From the NCBI GenBank assembly GCA_002269645.1, contig NIVC01000240.1, positions 496,001 through 560,000 of the forward strand: a stretch of 64,000 bases of DNA, in the 5' to 3' direction. The notes beneath the pieces were generated by a model that had not been told where the DNA came from, did no database searches, and saw only the letters and a program-made list of their open reading frames with translations. Positions 35,009 through 47,413 of the stretch are shown one piece after another. This DNA comes from Macrostomum lignano (Eukaryota). Within the stretch, counting starts at the first letter, position 1; each line of letters opens with the position of its first letter. The position numbers and the translations under genes were made by a program.

Positions 35009-38000
35009 TCAAGACAGCCTAGCTGATTTCGATTTCGCACATCTAACAGGCATGGAGCAGAGAGAATCGTCACTGCAATCATCATTCTCGTTATCGGCAC
35101 CATCGGGACAATCACCGTTGCCATCCGAGTGAGCAAAGCTTAACAACGGTGAACGGCATCGTTTTAAGGCTGAAGCTGGCAAGCCGTGGTCCTGAAGCTG
35201 AAAAGCTGATGTTGCTGATGCTGCGGGAGATGACACTAAAGTGTTGCTGGACAGCCGGGCAACCAGGGCATCCAGACGGGTCTGCACTCGACTTTCGGCA
35301 TCGCCGAAACCATCACCGTCGACGTCGCCAGCAGGCGTGACGAGAGCGCGAGCGGAGCGGGGCCGCAAATAGGTAAGCAGGTCGGCAACTTCGCTCATGG
35401 ACGGGTGGAAGCTGAACAGCACCCGGGCTGTGCGTTCCGAGGGCCATACAACAGTCTGGGTGAAGCCGGCGGTCTGGAAAGATAGATCAAAGAGCCGCAA
35501 TCTCAATTGAAAATACAGATCAAAGAGCCGCAATCTCAATTGAAAATACAGATCAAAGAGCCGCAATCTCAATTGAAAATAGAGATCAAAGAGAGCCGCA
35601 ATCTCAATTGAAAATACAGATCAAAGAGAGCCGCAATCTCAATTGAAAATACAGATCAAAGAGCCGCAATCTCAATTGAAAATAGAGATCAAAGCGAGCC
35701 GCTATCTCAATGGAAAATAGAGATCAAAGCGAGCCGCTATCTCAATGGAAAATACAGATCAAAGAGAGCCGCAATCTTAATGGAAAATAGAAATCAAAGC
35801 GAGCCGCTATCTCAATGGAAAATACAGATCAAAGAGAGCCGCTATCTCAATTGAAAATAGAGATCAAAGCGAGCCGCTATCTCAATGGAAATTACAGATC
35901 AAAGAGAGCCGCAATCTCAATGAAAAATAGAGATCAAAGCGAGCCGCAATCTCAATGGAAAATAGAGATCAAAGCGAGCCGCTATCTCAATGGAAAATAC
36001 AGATCAAAGAGAGCCGCTATCTCAATGGAAAATACAGATCAAAGAGAGCCGCTATCTCAATGGAAATTACAGATCAAAGAGAGCCGCAATCTAAATGGAA
36101 AATAGAGATCAAAGAGAGCCGCTATCTCAATTGAAAATAGAGATCAAAGAGAGCCGCTATCTCAATGGAAATTACAGATCAAAGAGAGCCGCAATCTCAA
36201 TGGAAAATAGAGATCAAAGAGAGCCGCTATCTCAATGGAAAATAGAGATTAAAGAGTGCCGTAATCTCAACAGATCAAAGACAGCTGCAAGCTCAATAAA
36301 AAAGCTATCTCACAGTGAACTCTGATATGTTAAAAAATAGAGCACGTAAAAGCACTTTGTTTACCTTATCAAAGTACATAGTGGACAGACAAATGCGCAA
36401 CATCTCATTCATGTTGCAGCCGCAACCATCCAAGTGTACAAAGCAGTCAGCTGAAGTTGTTGAATAAAAATCTAGACTGCTTGCTAGCTGACCATAGTAG
36501 CGAAGGCCCAGTTCGCTGATGTGCACCTGAAAATTACAGTGCAGTGCAGTGCAGTTTTAGACTAAGAATTTAGTACAGATGACGATAATGAAAGGTTTCA
36601 AAAAGTTGGGAACCAGCCAGGGCAACTACTAATGACCGGTGAATCAAATTTAAATCAACTCACCTTCGTGCCAAATGTCTCAGCCAGACTCTGATAAACG
36701 TACTCGTACGAGAACCTAGCCTTAGCAACCAGTACAACACCAGAGTTGGCCCGCTTTACAGACAAATTCTGGTGCCTATCAAGACAGTCGCTGACCAAAT
36801 CGCAGATTGCCTGCATTGATTCTTGGCGAGTTGGCAGCTCACGACAGTGATCAGTGAAGAAGGTTGTGTCCACCACGGCATTATCGATGGGGATCACGCT
36901 GCGGGGATAGGTGGTAGGCAGTAAATATGTAAGTTTATGTGCAATTGAAGCTACTTTCATTTCAGTAATAGTTCTTCTTATTATTACCCACTTACTTCAC
37001 TGTACTCCCCGCAAAATCCGAGTGCCTGTCTCTTTCCCGCCCCGGCCCCGCCATTCTCTACCCCTTATTTTTATTGTCCTGGGGGTTGATCTGCAATGTA
37101 CATTAGCGGCACGCTGATAAATGTACATTTCTTTCCCGCCAAGCCATTCTCTACCCCGTATTTTTATTGCCCTGGGGGTTGATCTGCAATGTACATTAGC
37201 GGCACGCTGATAAATGTACATTTCTTTCCCGCCAAGCCATTCTCTACCCCTTATTTTTATTGTCCTGGGGGTTGATCTGCAATGTACATTAGCGGCACGC
37301 TGATAAATGTACATTTCTTTCCCGCCAAGCCATTCTCTACCCCGTATTTTTATTGCCCTGGGGGTTGATCTGCAATGTACATAAGCGGCCACGCTGATAA
37401 ATGTACATTTCTTTCCCGCCATTCTCTACCCCCTATTTTTATTGCCTCTGGGCGTTGATCTGCAATGTACATAAGCGGCCACGCTGATAAATGTACATTT
37501 CTTTCTGCCATTCTCTAACCCCTATTTTTATTGCCCCATGCTCAACCATTATTAAGGGGTTGAAGTGCCAGTGCCACGTACATTAACCGCAATAACAATA
37601 ACAATAAATTTTCCTGCCCACATCGTTCACAAGCAACGCCCCTAATTCGTTTGCCAATCCTGGCACACCATCAGGGGGCTGATCTTGTCTTTCAGAACAA
37701 AAAATTACTGTCACATACTGCGCTTGCTACTGAATCAAAAGTAGAGGATTAAGTATAAAATAAGTATTTACGAGCGTATTTTAGCAAGTGTTGATGCCAG
37801 ATAGCATCATTATAATGCAAAGTTGCTTATACTGAATAACATTAAAAACCTGCCTACCGGCCTTGGCGGTGAAACGCGCCGACCTCGCGCAGCGCTTCCA
37901 AACTAGTCGGTATTCGAAAATCGCCAGTGTGCAAAGCAACATAACCATCTGCGGAGTCTTCAAACAAGAACATAACGCTGCCCAGACAGTGACCAGCAGG

Positions 38001-41000
38001 AACTAGGGTCACTTGGAGACCCGGCAGCTCAGGCACTGGTTGAGCTGAATTCACCGGTAGCTCTACTAACAGATGGTGAGCATTGGCGAATGCCCGATCT
38101 GCTTGGATCAAATGCCTGATGATGCCCGAGCAGTAGATCTGAGTTCAGAGAGGCGGAGTGCGGCTTCTAGGCATGCTAACTTCATCTCACTCCATCCTTT
38201 AGCATTATCTGAGCTGCCTTCAACTGCCTCCTCACTCTTCCCTCAGTGATTATCTGCTACCTTCAGCGGCCTCCTTGCTAAGCCTTCAGCAAAGCAGAGT
38301 TTCCCTTCAACACCAAATCCAGGTCGCTCACTAAGCACATTACTGCGTCCTTATTTCCGTTTAGACATAAAAAAAATCTTTATCAATAACAAAAACTGTC
38401 GATCATATTTTCCTATTCCACTATGATTGCCAGGGCGTGACTAGAACTATTTGTAGCCTAAAGAAAACAACGAGCAAACTAAAAGCAGCTAACGAGCATG
38501 GCCCCGTCACTCAGTACTGTACTAATTAGCAACAATGATTAGCACTTATTTTAGTCACAGTCAAATTTTCGTATTGATAAGAAACTGTGCCATTATTTTC
38601 TAACACACCTAAAGATACTTATTAACAAAAGAAATCTAACCTTGCATTCGTGTTGCACATCTTTAAGTCCAACAACATGATCTAAAACAAGAATATACAA
38701 TATGGTGTATTAATAATTTATAGATTAATATTAGATAATTGTCTGATCTAAATAGCAAAATACTTCAGGTAGAGTTGCATAATGCAAACAGATTTTATAG
38801 ATGAGGATTTGCTAGATAGATAAGGTTGAAGACACAAACAATGCAATATATGGGACCTGTGTTCTATAAAAAATAAACCCATTTTATAGGTGTACTTTTT
38901 CTGGAGTTTTCTATCAATATTTAGATATTTTCCAGTACATGTACAATTGCCAGCTAACCTAGCCAATCTGGCTGGCATAAATTGTGGCAAGCCCAGTATA
39001 TAAGTTGCAAAATTGATTATTTTTTGACAATTTTGACAAACTTGAGTAGATTTTTTATTTTGTTTACAAAATGTGACAACAAATTAAACATTTTTAAATT
39101 GTTATTAGGTAACCACAAAACTAAGTTGCATTTTCAGTCTATCTAAACTATTATAGTTAATTTTAATAGTTTATGATTTCAAAAGCTAATGTAATTTCTG
39201 AGGTGTAAATGTATATAAGCATATCTATTGAAAGTTCTATTTCAATAGTTAAATGGACAATAGTCAATCTGAAAACCCCTAACAATAGCCTTTGCTATAA
39301 AATTTTAAGCTGAATGATCCTAGTTTTATAGAATCTCTTAGCTATAACTTTGTATCTTTTTTCTGCATGAACAAATGATAATGTAATAGCTACTTATAAA
39401 TGCTTAGAATCTCAATTAGAGCCAACTTTGAAAATTTAAAATGCCTAAGTGCTAAGAGAAAAAGATAATAGATAATTATTTAGGGGAAATGTTATCCTTT
39501 TTAATCCCAATACTAATTAGATAAGTTTGGTAGCTAATATTTTTTTAAAATAAATGTGTTTTTATAGCTTTTTTTAGTATGTTGCAAACACTGCACAGCC
39601 TACACTGAGCTATGCCATTATGCTGCACCTGTGCCATCTATACTATATAGATTTTCTAGTATTCATTTGAGAAGGCTTTTGTATATTAGAACTTTCTAAA
39701 CAAAAAGATATCATCCTGAGTATGACTATAGAATTGTGTTATAATAAATCATAGCATCAACTTTGTTAATCCTTAGGATCCCACAGTCTATACCAATATT
39801 ATCAAAGGTTTATAGGCCAACTACAAGCACAAGTTCTATATAATACATGGTACTACTAATACTCTCTTTGAAACTCACCTTTAGAAATTTATATGTTGAT
39901 ATATTTTTGAAAAAAACTATTTGTAAAAATATTCTGTATTAGATATATCATGATTTATGCTAGACCTAATTTAACTCTAAATGTATTTTTGAATTTTGTG
40001 AACTTAGTAACACTTAGCAATCCAAAAAACTACTCCAAAATACAAGTTAATGATTTCTAATTTTATGAAAATTAATTCAATATAGGAAGTTGTTGTTATG
40101 CTAACAAATTTAATATAGATTTCTTAAATAGCAGTAATAGTTTACTTAAATTAATATTTTAAAAGTATTATTTTATCATATACATACTTTTTGTTAGTGT
40201 TCCACCATAAAGGGGCTCCATGTGCTATAGCCATAGCCATAAGCAAAACTATGGCTTATTCCAATTCTCCATATTCCATAGCCGTAGGGATCCCAATATT
40301 ACCCCATAGCCATAGCTATGGTGGAACACTACTTTTTGTCAAAGTCATTTTGGTCATTTTGTAACAAAAACTATAAAAGGCTTTAAGTTTAAATAGAAAG
40401 GATTTTGACAAAATGTCTAACTGGGTGCCATCGAATTTGTCATCATCTAATTCAACAACTCTATTGACAAATTTGGTTTACCTTATCATGCATTATTGAT
40501 AAATTCAAATACCTAACAATATGCTATTGACTAATATACTAATTACATGCTAAAAATTGAAAGACAAGCCTAAGCCTATTGAAAAGATATATATATATAT
40601 AATAACAAAATAGAATGGTTTTTAAATATTAACTTTTATAACCTATTAAAACCCATGGACTTTAAACTTACTAAATATAAATATAATATAAACTTACTTA
40701 TACATGCCAAGTTTTTAAAAAATTTGTATTTTAAAAGTAACAATTATAATTAACTTTAAAATGGCTGATTTTGCTAAAAACTAATATTCTTTGTTTTGAT
40801 TTTGTTTTTCTCGTAAATTGTGTTAGGCCTAATACTTTCTATTTTAGTTAACCGTTTATTTTCAGAAGAGCTTTAGTTGATTGATATTTAACTATACAAT
40901 TACATCAGCCCTAAACTTTTCAATTTCTTGTATGCCAGTTATTTACACTTTATGTTGAACCTGAAAATTCTATACGCCAAGTGTATGCCAAGATTGTCAG

Positions 41001-41701
41001 CAAGTGCAAAAATATGCCGGAATTTTCTGGTATAAAGGCTATCTTCCGGACTATATGGTATATATAATAGCATTTAGAAAATGCATTCATAAAGTATGTT
41101 GAATTCTTTGGCAATATTTTGCATCTTGAATTAAAGAAATTTATGTTATTGCATTAAGAAACAACTTTAGCCTGACTTTATGTAAGTTTGTCTTGTTGTT
41201 GACAAATTTATTCAGCTTGTTTTAATTATTAATAAGTTTAATTTCCTCCAATTTCTTAAACTTTAGGTCTGTTGACAAATTCAGTGTAACCTATCCATCT
41301 ATTGGAACAAGTAAGATCATTATAATAAGGTCTAGCCTAGGCCTCATTCAATGGCTATTGTATTGATACTAAATAACTAATACCAAACTTGTCTAAATTA
41401 AATATTTCTAACTATTAAAAATAAACTACTTTTTGAAACAACAACAAATAAAAAATTATACATAAAATTGTAAAAACTATAAATCAATGCCTTAGGGGTA
41501 TGCCACAGCAATAAGCTAATATGGCAATGGCATTAATAAAACTCATAGGCCTATCCTGACATTTATCAACCATGGCTCCTAAGTCCTGGCCTTACCCATA
41601 TGAAAGTGGGACAAAAAGTATACTGATGAAACTCCTTTGAAATAATCGACGACAATGTTTTTTCCTGATGGGAATACAATAGTAGATGAATTAGCATTCA
41701 T
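35009..41701 (-). CDS. DCLRE1C: Artemis/DCLRE1C-like beta-CASP metallo-beta-lactamase nuclease, 6 exons, ~429 aa
   Basis: Exons 41701-41596, 38681-38641, 38138-37858, 36898-36664, 36526-36365, 35473-35009 (TAG); phases 1,0,2,0,0. Joined motifs YFLSHFHM|DHVVGL (HxHxDH), IYCS, AGHCLGSVMFLF, HTGDFR, DTTF, KARFSYEYVY, LSTMYF, FSFHPS. The KAxxxYEY and FSFHxS motifs favour Artemis over SNM1A/Apollo. Confidence 0.87.
35480..36290. repeat. 31-33 bp minisatellite (AGATCAAAGAGCCGCAATCTCAATTGAAAATAC)n, last DCLRE1C intron
   Basis: Tandem units running up to the 3' splice site. Confidence 0.95.
37040..37540. repeat. 93 bp tandem repeat, ~5 copies, DCLRE1C intron 3
   Basis: CCATTCTCTACCCC recurs at 37051, 37144, 37237, 37330. 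Confidence 0.93.
40195..40331. mobile_element. 137 bp hAT-like MITE (family M2)
   Basis: 15-bp TIR TAGTGTTCCACCATA; perfect 8-bp TSD CTTTTTGT at 40187-94 and 40332-39. Confidence 0.85.
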
Positions 41702-42924
41702 GGCTATTTTAATATTTTCAATATGTTATTCTACAATGAAACTACCACTGGTCACTGGTCACAGAAGTTACAGATTGGTTGCTTAATCTTTTAAAATAAT
41801 CATTGACGCAGGCGGAATAATGTGGCGAAACGAGAATTTTAGGTCCACCAGTATTCTCAACCTGCAGAAGGAAAGATGTGATAGGCCTACCACTGCCACG
41901 CGCACTGACCGACCTCAGAGTCTCAGACCTGTACAAAAGTTATATTTCTACGAACCTTTTCGTTTGAAAAGCTGTCAGTCGTTATTATACACTCCGTTAT
42001 TTTACCGTTACAGTTTTTAAGTAAAATTTATCTCAACTGTATACAATCTTCAGTTTGTTCGAAAAGGAGATCTAAAGTGTTTTATAAGTCGTCCTTGAGT
42101 CCATTTTTGTGTCTACTTATTAATCTATATCGGATAAATTGTAAAAAGTTATTGATGCCCAGTGTAAGTTTCACAGGCCTTCTTACTACGAGTGTGCAGC
42201 TAGCCAATTGAAAAAAATGTGCATTTGCTAGTCAGAAAATGATAAAAGAAAAAAAAAGACTGACTAGAAGACAAAGATAGTCAGTCAAGGTCCGTCAGAT
42301 GGCTAGCTGTAATGCGAGCGCGAAGATAAAATTTATAACTGGCATGCTGCATGCAGCAGCCTAGTACTGGATATACATAACATGTATGGACATGGCATGC
42401 ATGCATGTTTACATATAAACTTAGTATTTTGAAAATTTGAAAAGCTGGAGACTTCATATTGCAGCCATTATATGATTGTGCAAAAAATGACAGTCTCATG
42501 AGTCTTTTGTTTTGAACGTGGAAGTGTTCCAGGTGGTGCCACAGTACTGATGAGCAGTTACTTATACATGTACGTACTTTTCCCTGATGTTTAAGCTGCT
42601 TAAGGAAGCATCTACATGTACAGTCTTTACATGAATTGCATGTGTCTATCTATACATGTATCCACCTATAGCTGGAGAGTGTACCCAATTTTTTAGCCGA
42701 CTAATTTTCTGACCGATGTTTGCCAAGCCTACCGCTTGCGTCCCAGTCAACATTAGACACTTAGCTAAGCAGCCCAGTATCATGATTCAAAAGTGTCACA
42801 AGATTCAAGAGTGTACGTGTCAATAAGATTCATAAGTACTACATGTACCTGTTGGATATATTTTTACATATATACATACAGTATATATTCATATATATTA
42901 TATATATATGAATTCATTCATATA

Positions 42925-43113
42925 CAGTGGCGCAACCAGGGGGGGCAGGGGGGGGGGCGGTCGCCCCCCCCCTTAGGCGGGGGACCGAAAAAAATCAAAG
43001 GGGGACCAAGCGAATTTTCGCCAAAAACAGAGCCACCCCTCCGCCGCCCCCTCCCGGGACTTTACCCTCAGAATCCGCCCCCCCCCCTTGAAAAATTTCT
43101 GGTTGCGCTACTG
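42925..43113. mobile_element. 189 bp hAT-like MITE (family M3)
   Basis: TIR CAGTGGCGCAACCAG / CTGGTTGCGCTACTG; perfect 8-bp TSD TTCATATA at 42917-24 and 43114-21. Confidence 0.9.
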
Positions 43114-43499
43114 TTCATATACATACATCATTCACATCATAACGGACTACAAAAACTGACCTGTCCATAAGTATATATACGCACATATTATACATGCTTA
43201 TAAACTAATTACATACCTAGGCTGTTTCTTAATTTATGAATTTGTTTATGAATTTGTGTAATTGTACTGTTATTAATTAGTACTGAATTGGGATCGATTG
43301 ATTTTATCATAGTGACAATGACAATTAATAATCTCGTATACACGTCGAGTATACACATATACATGTACAGTATACCATTAAATGTCTCAGCTATATCCGA
43401 AACAATCTACCACAAGTATAGAAACGCATAGTGTTCTGTGTACGCATTTGCTGGTTTTTCGGTTTTCTTTTGTCAGCTAGTCAGGATGTTGTGAAGGCT

Positions 43500-43580
43500 C
43501 AGGGCACGTAGCCCAGTGGTCTTAACGCCCTTGAGGGCCAACCGCCAAGGCACAGTGAAGTGTACATGCCTATAATGATA
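43500..43580 (+). mobile_element. Internally deleted SINE family B fragment abutting the LINE 5' end
   Basis: GTAGCCCAGTGGTCT head joined to a segment matching ~7308-7350 at roughly three quarters identity by eye. Confidence 0.55.
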
Positions 43581-46500
43581 AATAAAGTTAGGGCCGCTGT
43601 ACACTCGCTGCACCTGAGAGTCTACTGCACCTTGCGCAGTACTGCGAGTCCCAGAACGCTGAGCTGTGCTTAGGGGGCGACCTCAACGCACACCATAAGC
43701 ACTGGGGCAGCAAAGACACCAATACTAGAGGGGAGGAGCTTCTGGCCCTTATCTCTAATACAAATCTTATGCTCTGCAACCGCGGTAGCACTCCTACCTT
43801 TAACAATGGCAGATGAACTGAGGTCCTCGATACCACACTCGTTACCCCAAGACTCTGACAGAGTTGAGGAGTGGAGAGTCTGGTCTGAGGTGCCCTCCCT
43901 GTCTGACCACTGCTTTATCGCCTTTAACATCGCGGACACTAAACACCAGTCCTCGATCACTTGGAGGCGTAACATCCGCAACACTGATTGGGCAGCCTAT
44001 AAGGCTACCCTTGATCTGCACCTGCAGGAACTCTTGGACTTACGTTCGATTGAGACCTGCGAGGATGTGGACCATGCGGCTGAGACGCTGACAGGTTGCA
44101 TTATTGCAGCCTATGAAGCGGCCCGCCCTGTCCGTGCCTACAAAGGCAAGACCTCGGCGCCGTAGTGGAACCCGGAGCTGGGGAAACTCAGGCGGAAGGC
44201 CAAAAGCCTTCAGCGCCGTGCCATGAAGACCGGAAACCCGGAGGACATGGAGCTTTTCCGACAAGCCTCCCGCAACTTCAAATCTGAAGTGCGCAAGGCC
44301 AAGGAATGTAAATGGCGCCAATTCTGCAATGAGTTGGATCAAGACAGACCTACTTCTAGGCTTGTCAAGGCCCTTACAATGGACAAAATGTCCAAATTAG
44401 CCATGATCAGAAAAGATGATGGCTCTCTTACTAAAGACCCTGAAGAAGTGCTTCAGCATATGCTCAACACATTCTTCCCGAGGGTACCCACTGCTAGATC
44501 GGAACCCTACCATTCGATGGATGGAGCCATCCTAGCGGCGGGCATTATCACTGAAGATTTAATCGCTCATGCGGTCAGAACCTTCAAGCCCTTCAAATCT
44601 CCTGGACCTGATGGTATCTACCCTGTTCTTCTTCGTGAAGCAGCCAAGATACCCTCGTTCTTGAGACTTACCCGCAATCTCATGCGGGCCTCTATCCAGC
44701 TGGGATACGTTCCCAAGTGCTGGACCGAAGCTCGAGTAGTCTTCATTCCCAAACCTGGGAAGGGTGACTACCAGAGCGTCAAGGCCTTTAGGCCAATTAG
44801 CTTAACGTCAGCAATGCTTAAGCTCACTGAGAGGCTTATTCTCTGGCGGCTGCTTTCTTGCGAGCTGACAGCAATGCCCCTCAGCAATAATCAGCACGCC
44901 TTCTGTACCGGGAGGTCGACTGACAGCGCCCTGCATGCGATAGTCGAGAAGATTGAACGGGCGGTACTGGGTGACGGTTACGCCCTGGCTCTTTTTCTCG
45001 ACATTGTTGGCGCCTTCGACAACGTTATCTTTGAAGCGTTTCAGAGGGCCCTTCAAAACCGCAAAGCTCACGCTACCCTCATACGGTGGATCATGTACAT
45101 GATCTCTAACCGTACGGTCACTGCCCAACTTCTTGGGCAAACTGCCTCCGCCAGAGTCTGTAAGGGTGGACCCCAAGGGGGAGTCCTCACCCCGACGCTC
45201 TGGAACCTGGTCATGGACGCTCTTCTGGGCGACTCCCGACCTGATCCCGTCTTCAAAGTCGGGTATGCTGACGACACGTCACGGCCATTGTGGCAGGGCC
45301 ATCCCCCAGCACGCTCAGGGATCTGATGCAGAGCTTTATCCGCAAAGCAGAATCCTAGGCCAATGACAACCGTCTGGAACTCCCTGAGCCCAAAACTGTT
45401 GCCATTATGTTCACCAGCAGAATACGCTGGAACATACGACCTCTGCAGTTTTACGGCAGAGATATTGCTTTCGCGCACCAGACCAGATGTCTCAGGGTCA
45501 TACTTGACCACCGGCTCAACTGGTCCTTTCACGTGAAAGCAAAAGCCAAGCGTGCCTCAGCCATCCTGGCCCAGCTCCGACGAGCACTTGGCACTTCTTG
45601 GGGTCTATCCCCAAAGCGGCTTTGGTGGATCTACACTTCCGTAGTTAGACCTGCCATTACGTACGCCTCGGTTGTCTGGGTTAGCGCTACCCAGGTCAAA
45701 AGCTATGCAGATTTGCTCAACACGATCCAGGGCAGAGCGTGTAGGCTTATCTGCAACGCCACCAGGTCCACACCCTTTGCCGGCATGGGGGCCTTCCTTA
45801 ATCTACCGCCTCTCGACCTCTTCGTCAGGGGTGAGGCGGCTAGAACGACGCGGCGTTTACTTGACGCCGGTGTCAAATTCCTTTACATGAGGGCACCTGC
45901 TAAGCGGAACCTTGTCCCGCATAGCGACCTGTGCCTCAACATTCTCAACGAATGTCAGGCCAATCGCGTCTTCACCGATGGCATTGCCTCAACGCTCAAC
46001 CTGAGACAACGCTACTCCGTAGCTATCGACTCGCGCGATACCATCAATGACCACTGGAACCCTGGTGAGCTTCATTGCTACACCGACGGTTCTAAGCAGT
46101 CAGCCAACACCGGTTTTGGTGTTGGAATCTTCCTGAACGGGAGGGTCATCGCAACCCACGCTCAGTACACTAGGGTCAACTCCAGTGTCTTCCAAAATGA
46201 AGTTCTCGCCATCAGCTTCTCGCCACTGGCGTAACCGGCAAGAATATCATTTTCCATTCGGACAGCCAAGCTGCCTTGCACGCCATCAGTGGCTGTAGTA
46301 CCAATTCTGCTACAGTCCTCGACTGTATCAAACTCCTCAACATGTTGGGCTCCACCAACAAAATCACCCTTAAGTGGGTTCTGGGGCATATGGGGATCCG
46401 AGGAAATTAATTGGCTGACGCCCTTGCAAAAGTTGGTGCCTCCGGCTCCTCTCTCGGTCCCAAACCCTTTGTCCCGATTCCTGTCATCGACTCGCGCATC

Positions 46501-47053
46501 AAAGCGTGGATTAGGACCCAGCACCGCTCGACTAAAGCGAACTGCACTACCTGCAGACAATCTAGAGGCGCTGTCCCTCAGCCCTCTCACCAGCTCCGAA
46601 AGCTCCTCTTGCGCCTCTCGCGCAGAGACATCCGGGCTGCCACCATGACCCTCTCAGGTCACGACTGCTTCTCTAGGCACCAGTACCTGCAGGGCAACGC
46701 GACCAACGCCATCTGCAGTTTCTGTAACTCAGGTGACGAAACCGCTGAGCATTTCGTCAGCATCTGTCCCGCCTTTACGCGAGCCAGACTCACTTACCTC
46801 GGGCCACACACATCTATTACTGAAGCGTGCAAACCCGAAAACTTTAATCAGCTCATGCGCTACCTCCGGGCCACCCGCAGGGCTGAACTCTCCTTTCCAG
46901 AGAGCACTATAGCTGCTGGCGACTCTGGGGGACCTCCCTGGGCGGCGCCAACCCTTCGTCCTTTGCGACGCGTCGGCCGTTCAGGGATTAGCGGGATGGG
47001 CGTTCGCGCCTTCCCCCCCCCGGGACAGCCCTGCTGTAAGTCAAGTAAGTCAA
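43581..47053 (+). mobile_element. 5'-truncated, decayed non-LTR retrotransposon (APE-RT-RNaseH-CCHC; LOA/R1-like)
   Basis: APE remnant GDLNAHHKHWGS..TNTRG; RT motifs KSPGPDG, FRPISL, FLDIVGAFD, GPQGGVLTPTLWN, GYADD; RNase H YTDGSK, DSQAAL, KWV..H; CSFC..HFVSIC knuckle; in-frame stops (~43812, 44163) and frameshifts (~45280, ~46210); (GTAAGTCAA)2 tail. Confidence 0.92.
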
Positions 47054-47413
47054 GCACACAGCCTCAAAAATTAAAAATTGTGAAGGCTAGCTTTTTTGAG
47101 ACAGTCCCACAGCCAGAGGTGTACGAGGATATTTTACTCGTATATTCAGACGAACTGAAAGAGACTCCGAACTGTTTGAGGAAGATTATTTAAGAAAAAT
47201 ATTGTCAATATTGTTACAAAGCAGGCAAAATTATACATAGGATCAGAAAATTCAGAGACAATTTAAGGTTTGAAAGCAAAGCTGCGAGGCTTAGGTAATT
47301 ATTTTTGGTAATGTATATAGAAATATATATATAATAATGTAAAAAAGGACCACACGGAATAACCCCGTAGGCTTAATGTTGTTGTTTTTCACCGGCAGGC
47401 GCGTGACGCGAGC

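Noticed and set aside
38748-38990. ORF with NIDR..FFIEH resembling the Artemis N-terminus
   Set aside because: No HxH motif or phase-1 donor; the exon at 41701-41596 fits properly.
43495-43575. HDV-like or hammerhead ribozyme at the LINE 5' end
   Set aside because: Could not find P1/P1.1/P3 pairings or CUGANGA..GAAA cores by eye; a covariance-model search would settle it.
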